DNA of 64,000 nt, taken from contig NC_134028.1 of NCBI RefSeq assembly GCF_964204645.1, positions 21,448,345 through 21,512,344 on the forward strand, in the 5' to 3' direction. The DNA comes from Tubulanus polymorphus (lineage: Eukaryota > Animalia > Nemertea). Shown one piece after another: positions 49,501 to 62,350 of the stretch. Positions within the stretch are counted from its first letter, which is position 1; every line of letters begins with the position of its first letter. Made by a program: the position numbers and the translations under genes. The notes under the pieces were generated by a model. That model was not told where the DNA came from. It was given only the letters and a program-made list of their open reading frames with translations, and did no database searches.

Positions 49501-52500
49501 GTTGGTGTGTGGAGGGAGAGGTACTGTGTAGTGAAGGTGGTAGGTGTGCGGAGGGAGAGGTACTGTGTAGTGAAGGTGGTCGGTGTGCGGAGGAAGAGGT
49601 ACTGTGTAGTGGAGGTGGTCGGTGTGCGGAAGGAGAGGTTCTGTGTAGTGAAGGTGGTAGGTGTGCGGAGGGAGAGGTACTGTGTAGTGGAGGTGGTCGG
49701 TGTGCGGAGGGAGAGGTACTGTGTAGTGAAGGTGGTCGGTGTGCGGAGGGAGAGGTACTATGTAGTAAAGGTGGTCGGGGTGCGGAGGGAGAGGTACTGT
49801 GTAGTGAAGGTGGTCGGGGTGCGGAGGGAGAGGTACTGTGTAGTGAAGGTGGTCGGCGTGCGGAGGGATAGGTACTGTGTAGTGAAGGTGGTCGGGGTGC
49901 GGAGGGAGAGGTACTGTGTAGTGAAGGTGGTCGGCGTTCGGAGGGAGAGGTACTGTGTAGTGAAGGTGGTCGGCGTGCGGAGGGAGAGGTACTGTGTAGT
50001 GAAGGTGGTCGGGGTGCGGAGGGAGAGGTAATGTGTAGTGAAGGTGGTCGGTGTGCGGAGGGAGAGGTACTGTGTAGTGAAGGTGGTCGGTGTGCGGAGG
50101 GAGAGGTACTGTGTAGTGAAGGTGGTCGGCGTGCGGAGGGAGAGGTACTGTGTTGTGGAGGTGGTCGGTGTGCGGAGGGAGAGGTACTGTGTTGTGGAGG
50201 TGGTCGGCGTGCGGAGGGATAGGTACTGTGTAGTGAAGGTGGTCGGCGTGCGGAGGGAGAGGTACTGTGTAGTGAAGGTGGTCGGGGTGCGGAGGGAGAG
50301 GTACTGTGTAGTGAAGGTGGTCGGGGTGCGGAGGGAGAGGTACTGTGTAGTGAAGGTGGTCGGCGTGCGGAGGGAGAGGTACTGTGTAGTGAAGGTGGTC
50401 GGCGTGCGGAGGGAGAGGTACTGTGTTGTAGAGGTGGTAGGTGTGCGGAGGGATAGGTACTGTGTAGTGAAGGTGGTCGGCGTGCGGAGGGAGAGGTACT
50501 GTGTTGTGGAGGTGGTCGGTGTGCGGAGGGAGAGGTACTGTGTAGTGAAGGTGGTCGGCGTGCGGAGGGAGAGGTACTGTGTTGTAGAGGTGGTAGGTGT
50601 GCGGAGGGAGAGGTACTGTGTAGTGAAGGTGGTCGGGGTGCGGAGGAAGAGGTACTGTGTAGTGAAGGTGGTCGGGGTGCGGAGGAAGAGGTACTGTGTA
50701 GTGAAGGTGGTCGGGGTGCGGAGGGAGAGGTACTGTGTAGTGAAGGTGGTCGGTGTGCGGAGGAAGAGGTACTGTGTAGTGAAGGTGGTCGGCGTGCGGA
50801 GGGAGAGGTACTGTGTAGTGAAGGTGGTCGGTGTGCGGAGGGAGAGGTACTGTGTAGTGAAGGTGGTCGGTGTGCGGAGGGAGAGGTACTGTGCAGTGAA
50901 GGTGGTCGGTGTGCGGAGGGAGAGGTACTGTGTAGTGGAGGTGGTCGGTGTGCGGAGGGAGAGGTACTGTGTAGTTAAGGTGGTCGGTGTGCGGAGGGAG
51001 AGGTGCTGTGTAGTGAAGGTGGTCGGTGTGCGGAGGGAGAGGTACTGTGTGGTGAAGGTGGTCGGTGTGCGGAGGGATAGGTTCTGTGGTTTAAGAGTTG
51101 TTATTATTAAAAACAAAGTGTTGTATATAACAACACTGTCAGTGGAAAGAACTCGGGAATAATCCAGTAGCAACCGAACTGTTCGTGTCTCCTTAGAAGT
51201 TCTAGGATTAAAACAGTCACAATGACTGGCTGGATTAGTGCTAAAGATGCCGATATTTGGATGCGAATCTTACTGGATATCTTCCGATCCAGAGGTATGT
51301 TAGAAACTAAAGTCTAGGTGCAGAAAGGATCTGATAGAAGTAAACTCGACTGAGCATTTTGAAATAGTATTTGACGAAAGTCTACGTTTTCCACTCGTGA
51401 GATTTAATCTTTGAACGAGACGAAAACCAGGATTTTCCATAAAGTAGGTTCATATTTTTGAGAAAGTGTAGCTGACAACAAAGTTTAGAGGGTGGAGAAG
51501 AACTGACCACTGCGTGAGCCCCGGGAGTCGAAAGTATTGCCTGATTGAATTCTATAAACGATCTGAAGTGGGAGCCGTTTCGTCTTGTTTATAGAATTCA
51601 ATCAGGGAATATTCGGTCAAGGGTCTCTGAAAATCCGCGAAATATCTCTTCTTTTATAATGAGTTAAGTCTTTCACAGGTCTTACATCATGCAATACTTT
51701 CGATCATGAGTTAGCCTAGGATAAACGTTTTGTAATTAGAAAATTTCTTTTGTTTCCTGTGCATACGAATGATACTGATAGAATAATTTACAAAATTTCT
51801 CGAGCCCGTCATTAATTTCCTGTCGATTTACTATATATACTTGATTTACGAGTCTTTGTGTAATGATGAATGATTTGCTCAGGGAGGTTTCAATTCGCTT
51901 CATGTAAGATTTAAGAATTGCTATGAATCTCAGGAGGTCCAAACCAGGTCTTAAGAAAAGCCATGTAGGCCTACCTTAGGAGGTCCATACAAGGACTTAA
52001 GAATTTCCATTATGTCGTAGGAGGTCCATACCAGGTTTTAGGAATTGCCATCGTGTATCTCAGGAGGTCCATACCAATCTCCTCAGATCTGACTGAGTTG
52101 ACATATTTTGTGGTCAGATTCCTGAGTATATGAACTTTTTATAGTCAGTAATTAGTTTACTCAAACCTTGTCAATATACTATATATGTTATTACTTAAGT
52201 TCAACAGGAAAATTCTTGATCAAGTGATTCCATGAAAATGTGCATTTTACTATGCATTTCTGTTTGTGGTAGCTATGTGGGCATTTAGGGGATTAACTCG
52301 ATACTTCATAATTGATGTTACAAATATTTCTTGTTCTATTCCTACATTAAAAACAGCATTTCAAAAATAGATAGGCCTATACGTACACAGTTTTGGGCAA
52401 AATGGATATTTTTTCTGTGAGCACTCATCAATTCATACATTCACAATGCTACAATCATCAGTGGGATCTAGATAGAAAAGCTGCCCAGTGTGCCATTGTC

Positions 52501-55500
52501 CATTCTAGAATAATTTGTGAAAGTTCACTTTGAAATAAAGAATTTTTATAAAAAATTTTAGTAAAATTTCAAATTATTTTGTGTACATACGCTGTAAACG
52601 TGACTATCTTTGTGGCGCCTCGAGCAACTTTCATATTCTTTGATGGCTGAATAAATAACTGCTGCATCTGCATGTAAACATCTATAAGAGCTTGCGCCAT
52701 CGTGTCTTATTCACCGCTTATTGCATGACGGTAAAAAATCTATATGTTTTTTGACAGTACCAATGCCGTCTAATAACCTGACCATGAGGGATACTTCATC
52801 TGTCATTAACGTAACTACAGGTATGTCCACTAGGTGACAGTACTGGTTACCAGGATCACGTCTCATTGGCTGGTATCACACCCTGGTGTAACCAAGTATT
52901 CGATATTCATCTCTTTAACATATTCATTTCTTCATCACTCAGATTGATTTCGATTAATAATGATTTTTCAATATAACACGTAACTTTTTTTCAACGGATC
53001 ATTCATATTTGCCGCGTACGCATAAGAGCTAGATTTGTCACCTATCGGTATTAGACTTCATCTCTTTAATCCCCCCTCGCCTCGTCTCCCGTCGCCTTCT
53101 CTTGCCCTTCGCGCGTACGTAGTTGAGATGAATGATCCTCGAACGGAGCCACCCACTCGTTCCATTTGTTGTTCTTAACACACTCTATGCAGTTGCACTG
53201 TTATTGTTTCATTTCGATTACGATAACCACACTCAAACGTGGTGAACAGATGATAAGATAAAAACCCACTATTTAAAAATTAAAAGAAATCTAAAATCGA
53301 GAATTATCTATTGAAACAATCTAAAATATAAGAACACGACGTTTCGATCTCACACTAGAGATCATCACCTTGACGATGATCTCTAGTGTGAGATCGAAAC
53401 GTCCGTGTTCTTTTATTTTACATTGTTTCAATAAATAATTCTCGATTTTAGATTTCTTTTAATTTTCAAATAGTGGGTTTTTATCTTATCAATTGTTTCA
53501 TTTCGTTTATCCAGTTGTATTGATTTCGTAGACTCTGGCACTAATTCACCAAAATATGATTAGAGGTGTCCCATTATATCATACATTACCTCCACCCTAG
53601 TGCACACTGCGTACAGGCATGGCTTGTTTCATGATGGGACACAGTTTCCTGAAACACAGAATGTAAATCTGTACAGTAGACTTCTTGGTTAGAGAATTCG
53701 AGGTCAAAATATGAATGCCGAGGAATAACTCGGATTGGCGATATTTCGTATCAATGTCTGAATTCCCTTATATATTTCTATTTAAAGACTGTTGTTCGCG
53801 GAGGTCATCATCGAGCTCAAGACGACCACCACCACCAGCGGCTAAAACTACCATTCCATCGACTACTATTCCACAAAACTATCGTTTAAGATGCACAGCA
53901 AGTGAAGCTAATCAAACCGCTTGTCTGAATGGTGGTGAATGTTCGGCATTACAACTAGGAAATACTCGTGCTTTAAACTGTCAGTAAGTATCTACACGTG
54001 TCCCTTCATTCCACTGGAGTCCTGTATCTAGATACTCGTGCTTTAAACTGTCAGTAAGTATCTACACGCGTCCCTTCATTCCACTGGAGTCCTATATCTA
54101 GATACCCGTGCTTTAAACTGTCAGTAAGTATTAACACTTGTCCCTAGGTTTCACTGGAGTCCGTGTCCCTTCATTCCATTGGAGTCCTATATGTAAATAC
54201 TTGTGCTTTAAACTGTCAGTAAGTATCAACACTTGTCCCTAGGTTCCACTGGAGTCCGTGTCCCTTCATTCCATTGGAATCCTATATGTAAATACTTGTG
54301 CTTTAAACTGTCAGTAAGTATCAACACTTGTCCCTTGGTTCCACTGGAGTCCGTGTCCCTTCATTCCATTGGAATCCTATATGTAAATATTTGTGCTTTA
54401 AACTGTCAGTAAGTATCAACACTTGTCCCTTCATTCCGCTGGAGTCCTATCTAAATACTCGTGCTTTAAACTGTCAGTACTGGTATCTTTGACAAATCCT
54501 CATGGAAGGCTCATGTGACTACGCCCGTTGTAACTAGGTCTGTTGGATGGCTTGGCCCTGGTGTGACAAGGTCTGTTAGAAGGCTTGGCCCTGGTATGAC
54601 TAGGCCTGTTGGATGGCTTGGCCCTGGTGTGACTAGGCCTGTTACAAGGCTTGGCCCTGGTGTGACTAGGCCTGTTGGAAGGCTTGACCCTGGTGTGACT
54701 AGTTCTGTTAGATGACTTAGCCCTGGTGTGACAAGGTCTGTTAGAAGGCTTGGCCCTGGTGTGACTAGGCCTGTTGGATGGCTTGGCCCTGGTGTGACTA
54801 GGCCTGTTACAAGGCTTGGCCCTGGTGTGACTAGGTCTGTTGGATGGCTTGGCCCTGGTATGACTAGGCCTGTTACTAGGCTTGGCCCTGGTGTAACTAG
54901 GTATGTTGGAAGGCTTGGCCCTGGTCTGACTAGGCCTGTTGGAAGGTTTGGTCCTGGTCGGACAAGGCCTCTTGGAAGGCTTGGCCCTGGTATAACTAGG
55001 CCTGGTAGACTAGCTCTAGTGTGAAGGCCTGTTGAAAGGCTTATAAACCAAGTGTCCCGTGGAGTACTGCAATCATTGTTCCATCCGTACCCAATTATAG
55101 AAAATCATAGTACACCGGTTAACTAGAAAAAACAATAATGAGTTCGAACCGCAGACAGTGAAAAAACAGTTTGATATCGTCGGGTGGGTATAGCAGCAGT
55201 AGTAGTAGCGTAACAGACAGGTTATACACAGATGGTATAGTTTGACCATCCTTACACGTACGCTAACACACCTGTTAAACATTGAGTAACAGAGGGAGCA
55301 GTAACGGCTCACCTGATAACACATATATATATATGCATATATACATGCTTGGTACCCATATGGATGTCATCAGTCAGTGGTTTTTTAATGGATGATTATT
55401 TCTTGTAAATTCAATCATTTAACTATTCTTCGAAACACCACAACCACCACCGCACAGACAGACATTACAGGCAACAAGGCAGACGGACAGACAGAGAGAG

Positions 55501-58500
55501 CGGGCAACTGGACAGACATACAGATAGCTTGGGTAATAGGTCCTACAGACAGTATGGGCAATAGGACAGACAGACAGCCTGGACAACAGGACAGGACAGA
55601 AAGACATACAGCAGGGCCTAATTAGCAGGTGTCAGTTGCTCCTCTGGAAATTTTGGAAAAGTGTCCTTTTTGCTGATGTTATTGTTATGTCCTATAGGAT
55701 TGCCCTTTTCCGGTTTCTCTGCCACCTAGAATTCAAATGCTAGACAGCTAGGGCAACTAGACAGCCAGACAGCGAGCTTTGGCAACCAGAATGTCAGCTC
55801 GGGCAACAGGACAGGTAGACAGTTTGGGCAACAAGACAGTCGCACAGACAGTAAAAGGAAGAAACAGGATAGACAGACAGGCAGTAGGTAGACGGACAAG
55901 CAGTTAGGACAACAGGACAGACAGACAAGCAGTAGGTAGACAGACAGGCAGTTAGGGCAACAGGACAGACGAACTCGGTGTGTAGTTGACCTTTTGCATA
56001 ATGAGCAGATATCATCGCCGACGAATCAGTTTTTGCCGTTCCCGCGAATGGGGCTGCGCAATAAGAGGTTACAATCAGTTATCTCATTTCTAGTTCCTTA
56101 TACAACTTCTCTTTATACGCAACAAACCGCAGTAATGTGATTATTCCGAGCAAATTGTAATTGTCGAGCACCAAATGTGAAACCTGTCCAAGTCTTGTTT
56201 TTAACTCGAGCCGGTTTGCTACATGTTATTATATTAGTGAGTTTGTCAAAGCTTTCATTTGGTTTCTCAGATACAGTTAGTTGTTGAGTTGTTTGCCTTT
56301 GTGTATTTGATCTATTTGTGTCTGCAGACAGTTTTACTCGAGCCTATTACCCCAAATCCTAATCCAAACCGACCAAAACTTGTCCAGTTTCTATGGCGGG
56401 TTTAATCAACGTATATTGATTTGTTGTGGCTGTGGCTCTTTCGAAATGAGAGCAAGATTGCAGCTAACATTTAAACCAGAGCCGTTAACTGATTTTCAGT
56501 ATTTTGTCGCGAAAAATATCGATGGGATACTTATAATTTGAACATTTTGTTTTATATTTCAATAAAATGTTACTGAAAAGATTCTTGTTACTGATAGCAC
56601 TTTGCAGAGGTTGACAGCCCTGTTAGATATAAGTTTGTCGGCCCTACGTGTGTCATCGCCCGGATCTGAATGACTGGTATTTTATGAGACGTGAACCGCA
56701 ATCGTGTCCCGAACTCAATCATCGTTTGTCCGTCCGTGTGATTCATACTGATAGTTTATTGTGTATATTCCACAGTTGTCTAGCAGACTATACTGGAACA
56801 AGATGCCAAGAACAAAAGATCGATTTGTGTAAGTATATAATACCACGCCAGATGGGCGCACCAAACAATGGCACATACGTACTCGATCGAAATATAGTTC
56901 ATTTTCGTCTATATCTTAGGCCCCTATATCAAAAATACTCTAATTTATCCTTTGAATTCACACCTTATCATTACCATTGAAAATTATGGTTGATTTTAAT
57001 TGAAGCTGAAAAATGAATCGGTTTACACTTTGGCCACCTGGTGGATTGGCGCTTGCCACAGTCGACTGTGAAGTTTATTGAATTACGTGTTTTGTGATTT
57101 CAGTTTTTATAAGAGATCGTATGAAGACAGCGAATGTAGCCGCTGGAGTAACAGTCGCTATTGTGATATGTGTAGCAATATTAGTAGGAGTTTATATCTA
57201 TATCAGGTCAGTGGAAAAGAATCGCGCCGACTTTTCGGCACGTGGTATCAAAATTTTTTACAGGAGTTGGATCCAGGCAACGGGTTGATAACCTTACATC
57301 AACGTGGATGCTTTGATGTTTGCGATGTCCTCGCTGTTAAAGTTAGCTGAAGTTTCCCGTCTAATCCAGGGGTCTGCGAGTATCCTTGGCCCGGGAATCC
57401 TTTGATAAACATCTCGAAATGTAACGTTATTGTGACGAGGGAAGCGTTAGAAGTGTGTACGATTTTCGCAGAAAATCGTGTATCTGTAAGAAATAAACGA
57501 ATATATTGATCACTCGTGGCATTTTTATTTCAACGTCATGGTACGGCTTCACAAAAAATGATTGACTCCTTGACCCTTTCAGTGCGTCTACACCGCAGTG
57601 CGGCGTAAAAATCGGTGATGGATTTGGCTAGTGTATTGATTTAATTAGTAATTAGTTTTTATCTCTATTGATAGATGGCAGCACCTGTCAAACTGAAATA
57701 TTAGTAACTAACGAGACACTGTACCGTGGTGTAGACGCACTATAGTGGTATTCCCATTATTCAACACACTAGCGTGGAATTTATCAAAATTCTTAAATTA
57801 TCTCCAGCACTATAGGCTATTAATGAGTCAGCACTGAAAGGGTAAAATCAATTTAACTTAAGATAAACTGAATTAATGAAGTTATTAGATTGATTGGTCC
57901 AGTAGACCAGATCAACTCTGCTAGGTAATTCTATGAGCGCGGCGAGATGTAGTGTGTTGTTGTTGTTTTGTTGCAGGTGGCACCGGAAGCGCCGAGTGGC
58001 GGAAGTGCGTCAACAACGTGAAGGTCCTATAATCGTACCGTTTAGGAATACCAGTTCTCACAGCTATAACGATATGTGTAAGGTGTGTATAGGGTTTCAC
58101 TTCGTGCGAGGGGTTAAATATACGGCGTCGTGTGATTTATTGAATAAAAACTGCTAGAGAAATTAGCATGTTGTAATCATCAGTTTCCGGTTTCAAAGTT
58201 CTCGTATCAAAATTGGATGAATTATCCATAATGAAATGATTAGAATCGAACTCACCTGACAACTGTGGAATTGGTTACTGTAGCCCTTTATGTTATGGGG
58301 TCGCATTGGGGATAGGAAATACTGAAATTTATCATGCTTATGACATGCTTGTAAAGTTACGAATAGATTTGGATCCTCATCGAATTCAGTGATGCTCCTC
58401 CTTCCAGCAGGTTTTTAGATTCACCCATTTGCTCTATGCAACGGTGTTCTGATTTCCGGGAGAGATCTACAAGATGAAGTCATCACGACGTCGTCGTCGT

Positions 58501-61016
58501 TGTGAAATACATCTATAGACAGAGTTTCACTAATAAAACACTTCTCACGCGTGACTAACTAATGTTTTAAAGATACTTCACTTGAACACTCGATTGATAA
58601 TGAAATGCTACTAGCGCAAGAGCAATCAAACTATATTTCGATATTGTTCGTTCTCCGCTCGGAGGTTAAAGTTTCTCTTGTTTCTATTAGGAAGTGTTTG
58701 AGGAACTGTTGCCGGTAATATACAGTATTAACCTTACACATACATGTAGTAACTCATATTCCTGTGTTTGTGCACAAAACTCCCAGTTTTAGAACGAGAG
58801 ACTCTTCATAAAGTACGTACTGGTACTCGATCAGTTTTGCCAATTCTTAACGGAGATATAAGTTTTGAGTTTTTTGACAGCAATCGTTTTTTTTTTCAAC
58901 ATCCCCAAAATAACGAATCTGATCGCATTTAATCCTTTTTTTTCTCCATTTCTCATGATTGTTAAAAAAATTTGATTGTATGGGACGAACGAATGCACAC
59001 CAACCTGTTATCGCTTGTCAGTATTTAACCCAAGCTTCTAATCAACACTAGTGCATTAAATATGTTATTTGTTAAGAAGGAAAAGTTTTGCGACTGAAAA
59101 TGATGCCAGTAGTGATAAAAGATTGCATCCAAGTACTTAGTTATACAGGGGGTGAAAAATAAACTTCGAACGATTTCTGTATTTTTGGCTATTTGGCGCT
59201 GCCATCTCCGTTTCCCATCTACATGATTTGAATTCAATTCCGCGTAGATGTACCAGTACTTTTATGAATGGTCTCTTGACACCGTCTTCAGTCTTACGGC
59301 TGCCGATACTTCTAACTATCACCGATCACTGCTAACGTAGATTCATCGATCCATTACAACCGGGATTCATTCTTCCAGGAATGATTGCTGCTTTTAAAAT
59401 TACATACTTCGGTAATTCGCCAAACTGATTAATAATTATTCTAATTAATAGACGATTAACTTCATTAATTAATTTTCCAGCAGTATCTAATCGATATATT
59501 TGATGATGTCATAGGGGTCTATGGTGGCAGCCATCTTTTCTGGAATAGATGATACTGATGTATGACGAGTCTGAGGGCCGGTTAACCCCCTTTGGGCAGA
59601 TCCTGGTGCATTTTCTCTTGTCACACTACGTTGCGTCATGGACGTATAATCGAGTTGATACGTCCACGATACGTTGCATGATCTTCATTCGTTCGAATTG
59701 AATCCTTTATTCCTAAATGTTGAGGTATGCCGATGTTGGATTGTGTATTTCTAACTGTCACAATTGTGTAGAGTCTTTCAGTAATTCTAAAATGTTGTGC
59801 TACTTCGGTTAGCTAGCGCGTTTCATCGGTAGATATTTCAATCAATAAAGTCGAAAATCATGATTGAAACCCATATATATATATATATTGTATATCAATT
59901 GAAAATACTAAATCAAAATTTATCAATTGTATCAAATATTGAAAGACACGGCATTTTAGACTTTTTTCTCTCTGTCTCTCTCTCACTCACTCTCTCTCTC
60001 TCTCTAGAGACCACCAGTGGGTCTGTAGATGATGGTCTCTCTAGAGGGTGTCTGAAATGCCAGACTTAGATATTTAGAGAACACAAGGGAGTTGATTTCA
60101 CAAGTGAAGATAGAATCAATCCTGGGATCTCTGTAATTGTATCGGGATGTTCGTGGCTGGCTCCTAAGTCGCTTACTGTGACATCATCAAATTACAATCA
60201 GTTTACTTAAAAAACTAAGATTGATTATTGATTATTCAATTAATGATTGACTAGTGGATAATTGTGCTGTGGGTAGATATCTAGATCAATACCTATTCGA
60301 TCACACGATAAGAAAGGTTATGAGGAATCAAGTCTTAGTGACTAACCCTGTACAGGCCTGTGCCGAGCTTTTTTGAGAGGCAGATCTATTTCAAGAGAAT
60401 ACGCATTCTCGCCATAAAAGGGGCACTTTCTGATTGAAAAAAGGCAGATCTTAAGTATGAAGTGCCCGGGTACCTGAATAGATCATTTGAGAATGAAACA
60501 TTTACAAAAAATAAACATGGAAATTGTATCCAAACTTCTAAAAATTTTGACCAATTTTTTTACACTTTTTGAAGGACATTTTGATAATTTTAGGGGTTTG
60601 ATCGCTACCTACGAACCCCTCTCTGCACAGGCCTGCTTTATATAGTGTATTACAGGTTAAAGAGGCTTCCATCTGTGTGGAATGCTGTATTTTTAATGAT
60701 TTTCGTAATTTGTTTCGCTTTTTTGTTTTTTAAGCAAAAAGAACAACAATTGAATTCAGTGAGTAAAGACGCGCAGTTAGTGAATTCTTCGATGTGTATA
60801 ATGAACGACGTCGACGGAAACGCCACGCTTAGAGACGTCAATCGCAACAACGGTAATTTATATCTCCCTAACGACTATAGTCACGGCGACGATCGCGCGC
60901 AACAACGCGGAGACGACAACGGTGCGATAAGCCGCAGTATGAGTAACCATGGCGATAACAATGCACCGGACGAACCGCGCAGTTTGCGTAATTCTCACAG
61001 TTGTACGACTGTTTGA
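46559..61016 (+). CDS. Transmembrane EGF-family ligand precursor (Spitz/Keren/TGF-alpha-like), ~268 aa with the distal last exon
   Basis: Exons 46559-46625 (signal MRIYFNCLLYLVVLLTTFSQFV), 53788-53983, 56776-56828, 57104-57206, 57977-58082, 60735-61016; alternative last exon 58419-58505. EGF domain CTASEANQTACLNGGECSALQLGNTRALNCHCLADYTGTRC is split between C4 and C5, as in EGFR ligands. TM ANVAAGVTVAIVICVAILVGVYIYI is followed by RWHRKRR. The last exon choice is inferred. Confidence 0.8.
47177..47558. mobile_element. TIR MITE (Harbinger-like)
   Basis: GGCCTTTTTTAATAGCTCGGTTTACGGG.../...CCCGTAAACCGAGCTATTAAAAAAACGGCC; flanks TAA/TAC. Confidence 0.65.
48078..48347. repeat. 135-bp direct tandem duplication
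   Basis: GATTGACTTGTAACTG...GGTGCCAAG starts at 48078 and again at 48213. Confidence 0.9.
48830..51086. repeat. 39-bp G-rich minisatellite (~58 copies), intronic in the EGF-ligand gene
   Basis: Unit GTGAAGGTGGTCGGTGTGCGGAGGGAGAGGTACTGTGTA. It explains the long repetitive ORFs on both strands. Confidence 0.97.
53252..53490. mobile_element. ~240-bp palindrome of inverted Penelope-like pLTR segments centred on hammerhead cores
   Basis: Arms GATAAGATAAAAACCCACTATTT.../...AAATAGTGGGTTTTTATCTTATC. The centre reads TTGACGA-t-GATCTC tagtgt GAGATC-GAAACGTC. Confidence 0.65.
53961..54480 (+). repeat. 70/95-bp tandem repeat derived from an exon-intron junction
   Basis: ATACTCGTGCTTTAAACTGTCA|GTAAGTA recurs near 53961, 54031, 54101, 54196, 54291, 54386 and, degenerate, 54454. 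Confidence 0.9.
54520..55040. repeat. 33-bp minisatellite (~15 copies)
   Basis: Unit GTGACTAGGCCTGTTGGAAGGCTTGGCCCTGGT. Confidence 0.92.
55450..55970. repeat. Low-complexity (GACA)-rich repeat
   Basis: Two blocks of GGGCAACAGGACAGACAG-like units. Confidence 0.7.
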
Positions 61017-61472
61017 ACGGTGGCAATGAGATCCGGTGAATTGAAATCTTCCGTTTAAATAATAACTAACATTGAACGTTGTCCGAACACATTGCTCTCG
61101 CGTGGTTACAGTCGTTTCTATGACGATTGTCTCGTGATGGTGTGATAACTGTGTTTTCGATAGCGGTTACTTAGCGACGGTTTTGCAACTGTTGTTACGA
61201 TGGCGACCGTTTTTAGCGGCGGCTGTGTCTACGCACGACAAAATCGACGCGACTTGTTTTTTTTGCTAGTTGCTATGGCGATCGTTGTTTCGTATTTTCT
61301 GTATTATCGTAAATGGTAGTTATGGAAACGGTTGTATATATATATATAGTTGACTGGTTTGTAGATAGTTACGCAATAATATCATGTAAAAAAAAGACAT
61401 ATCATTTAATTTATTGATTATTAGTTGATTACGTGTTGATATTTTCAGAATCCAGTAGCAAATTTAGATTAT

Positions 61473-61590
<118 letters not shown>

Positions 61591-62350
61591 TTACCGTTAT
61601 TTATGTTACGCTTGACATAAGTTCAACATCTCCGTTTGATTCTATGAGATTAACTCTAAATAGACATCGATTTCTTACTGTCTCAATGATTTTATACCGT
61701 TTCAACTTACGGTTGTCATGGAGAATTGGTAATGTTACGCTATAGGTGGCGTCGCTAGCGCGGAGGAGGATTATGAGATGGAGGAGATATAAACTGCTGT
61801 TATATTAGATACGCACTGTGGGCATTGGTTCGACATCGATATTGATTATATATAATATATATCCCCCTAGATTTATTACTGCATTTTGTAAATTGAATAA
61901 ACTAATAAACAAACGATATCTGAAAAATGTAAATTATTTGATAAGAATCATATATTCGATTGATTATTTATGATTGCGATAATGAATGTTATGAAAAGCG
62001 TAGGTACAAATTTTTTTCCGAGAAATTATTTTTAACTACCGGTAGAAAACGCACGTGTTATTTATATCCGTTTGTCCACGATATTAGATTTAGGTTGTTT
62101 TTCTTTTTGTAAAAATTTGATTTTAAAAGCTGTAATATATAAACCAACAATCTGCTTTTTAGAATTTTGTACCTTCTATTACGATATAATGTTTAACCGT
62201 GTATAGATATTTATTCATATAAATTATATATTTATTGCGCGAGAGCTCTTTTGATAGAATGGGTTTCTTGTTATCAACCATGACTTCTAGAGGGAGCTGC
62301 AAACTAACAAGTGGTCGGATTGTCCTCAAACGTACAGTGAAGTTCGGTTC

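Noticed and set aside
48817-51173. Long ORFs of 404, 374 and 471 aa (VKVVGVRRERYCV / LSLRTPTTFTTQY repeats)
   Set aside because: By-product of a 39-bp unit that lacks stops in some frames. They are open on both strands, have no unique domain, and lie in an intron.
52784-52820. Alternative first coding exon for the EGF ligand (ATG...ACA G|GTATGT, phase 1)
   Set aside because: Phase-compatible, but it encodes no signal peptide. It cannot be supported over 46559-46625 without transcripts.
53961-54480. Repeat-spacer appearance suggesting a CRISPR array (also 41125-41575)
   Set aside because: The intervening sequences are homologous to each other rather than unique spacers; the context is eukaryotic with no cas genes.
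60645-61016. Stand-alone 123-aa membrane-anchored protein
   Set aside because: It begins at GTG, and the hydrophobic stretch is the polypyrimidine tract before the acceptor at 60734. It is better explained as a terminal exon.
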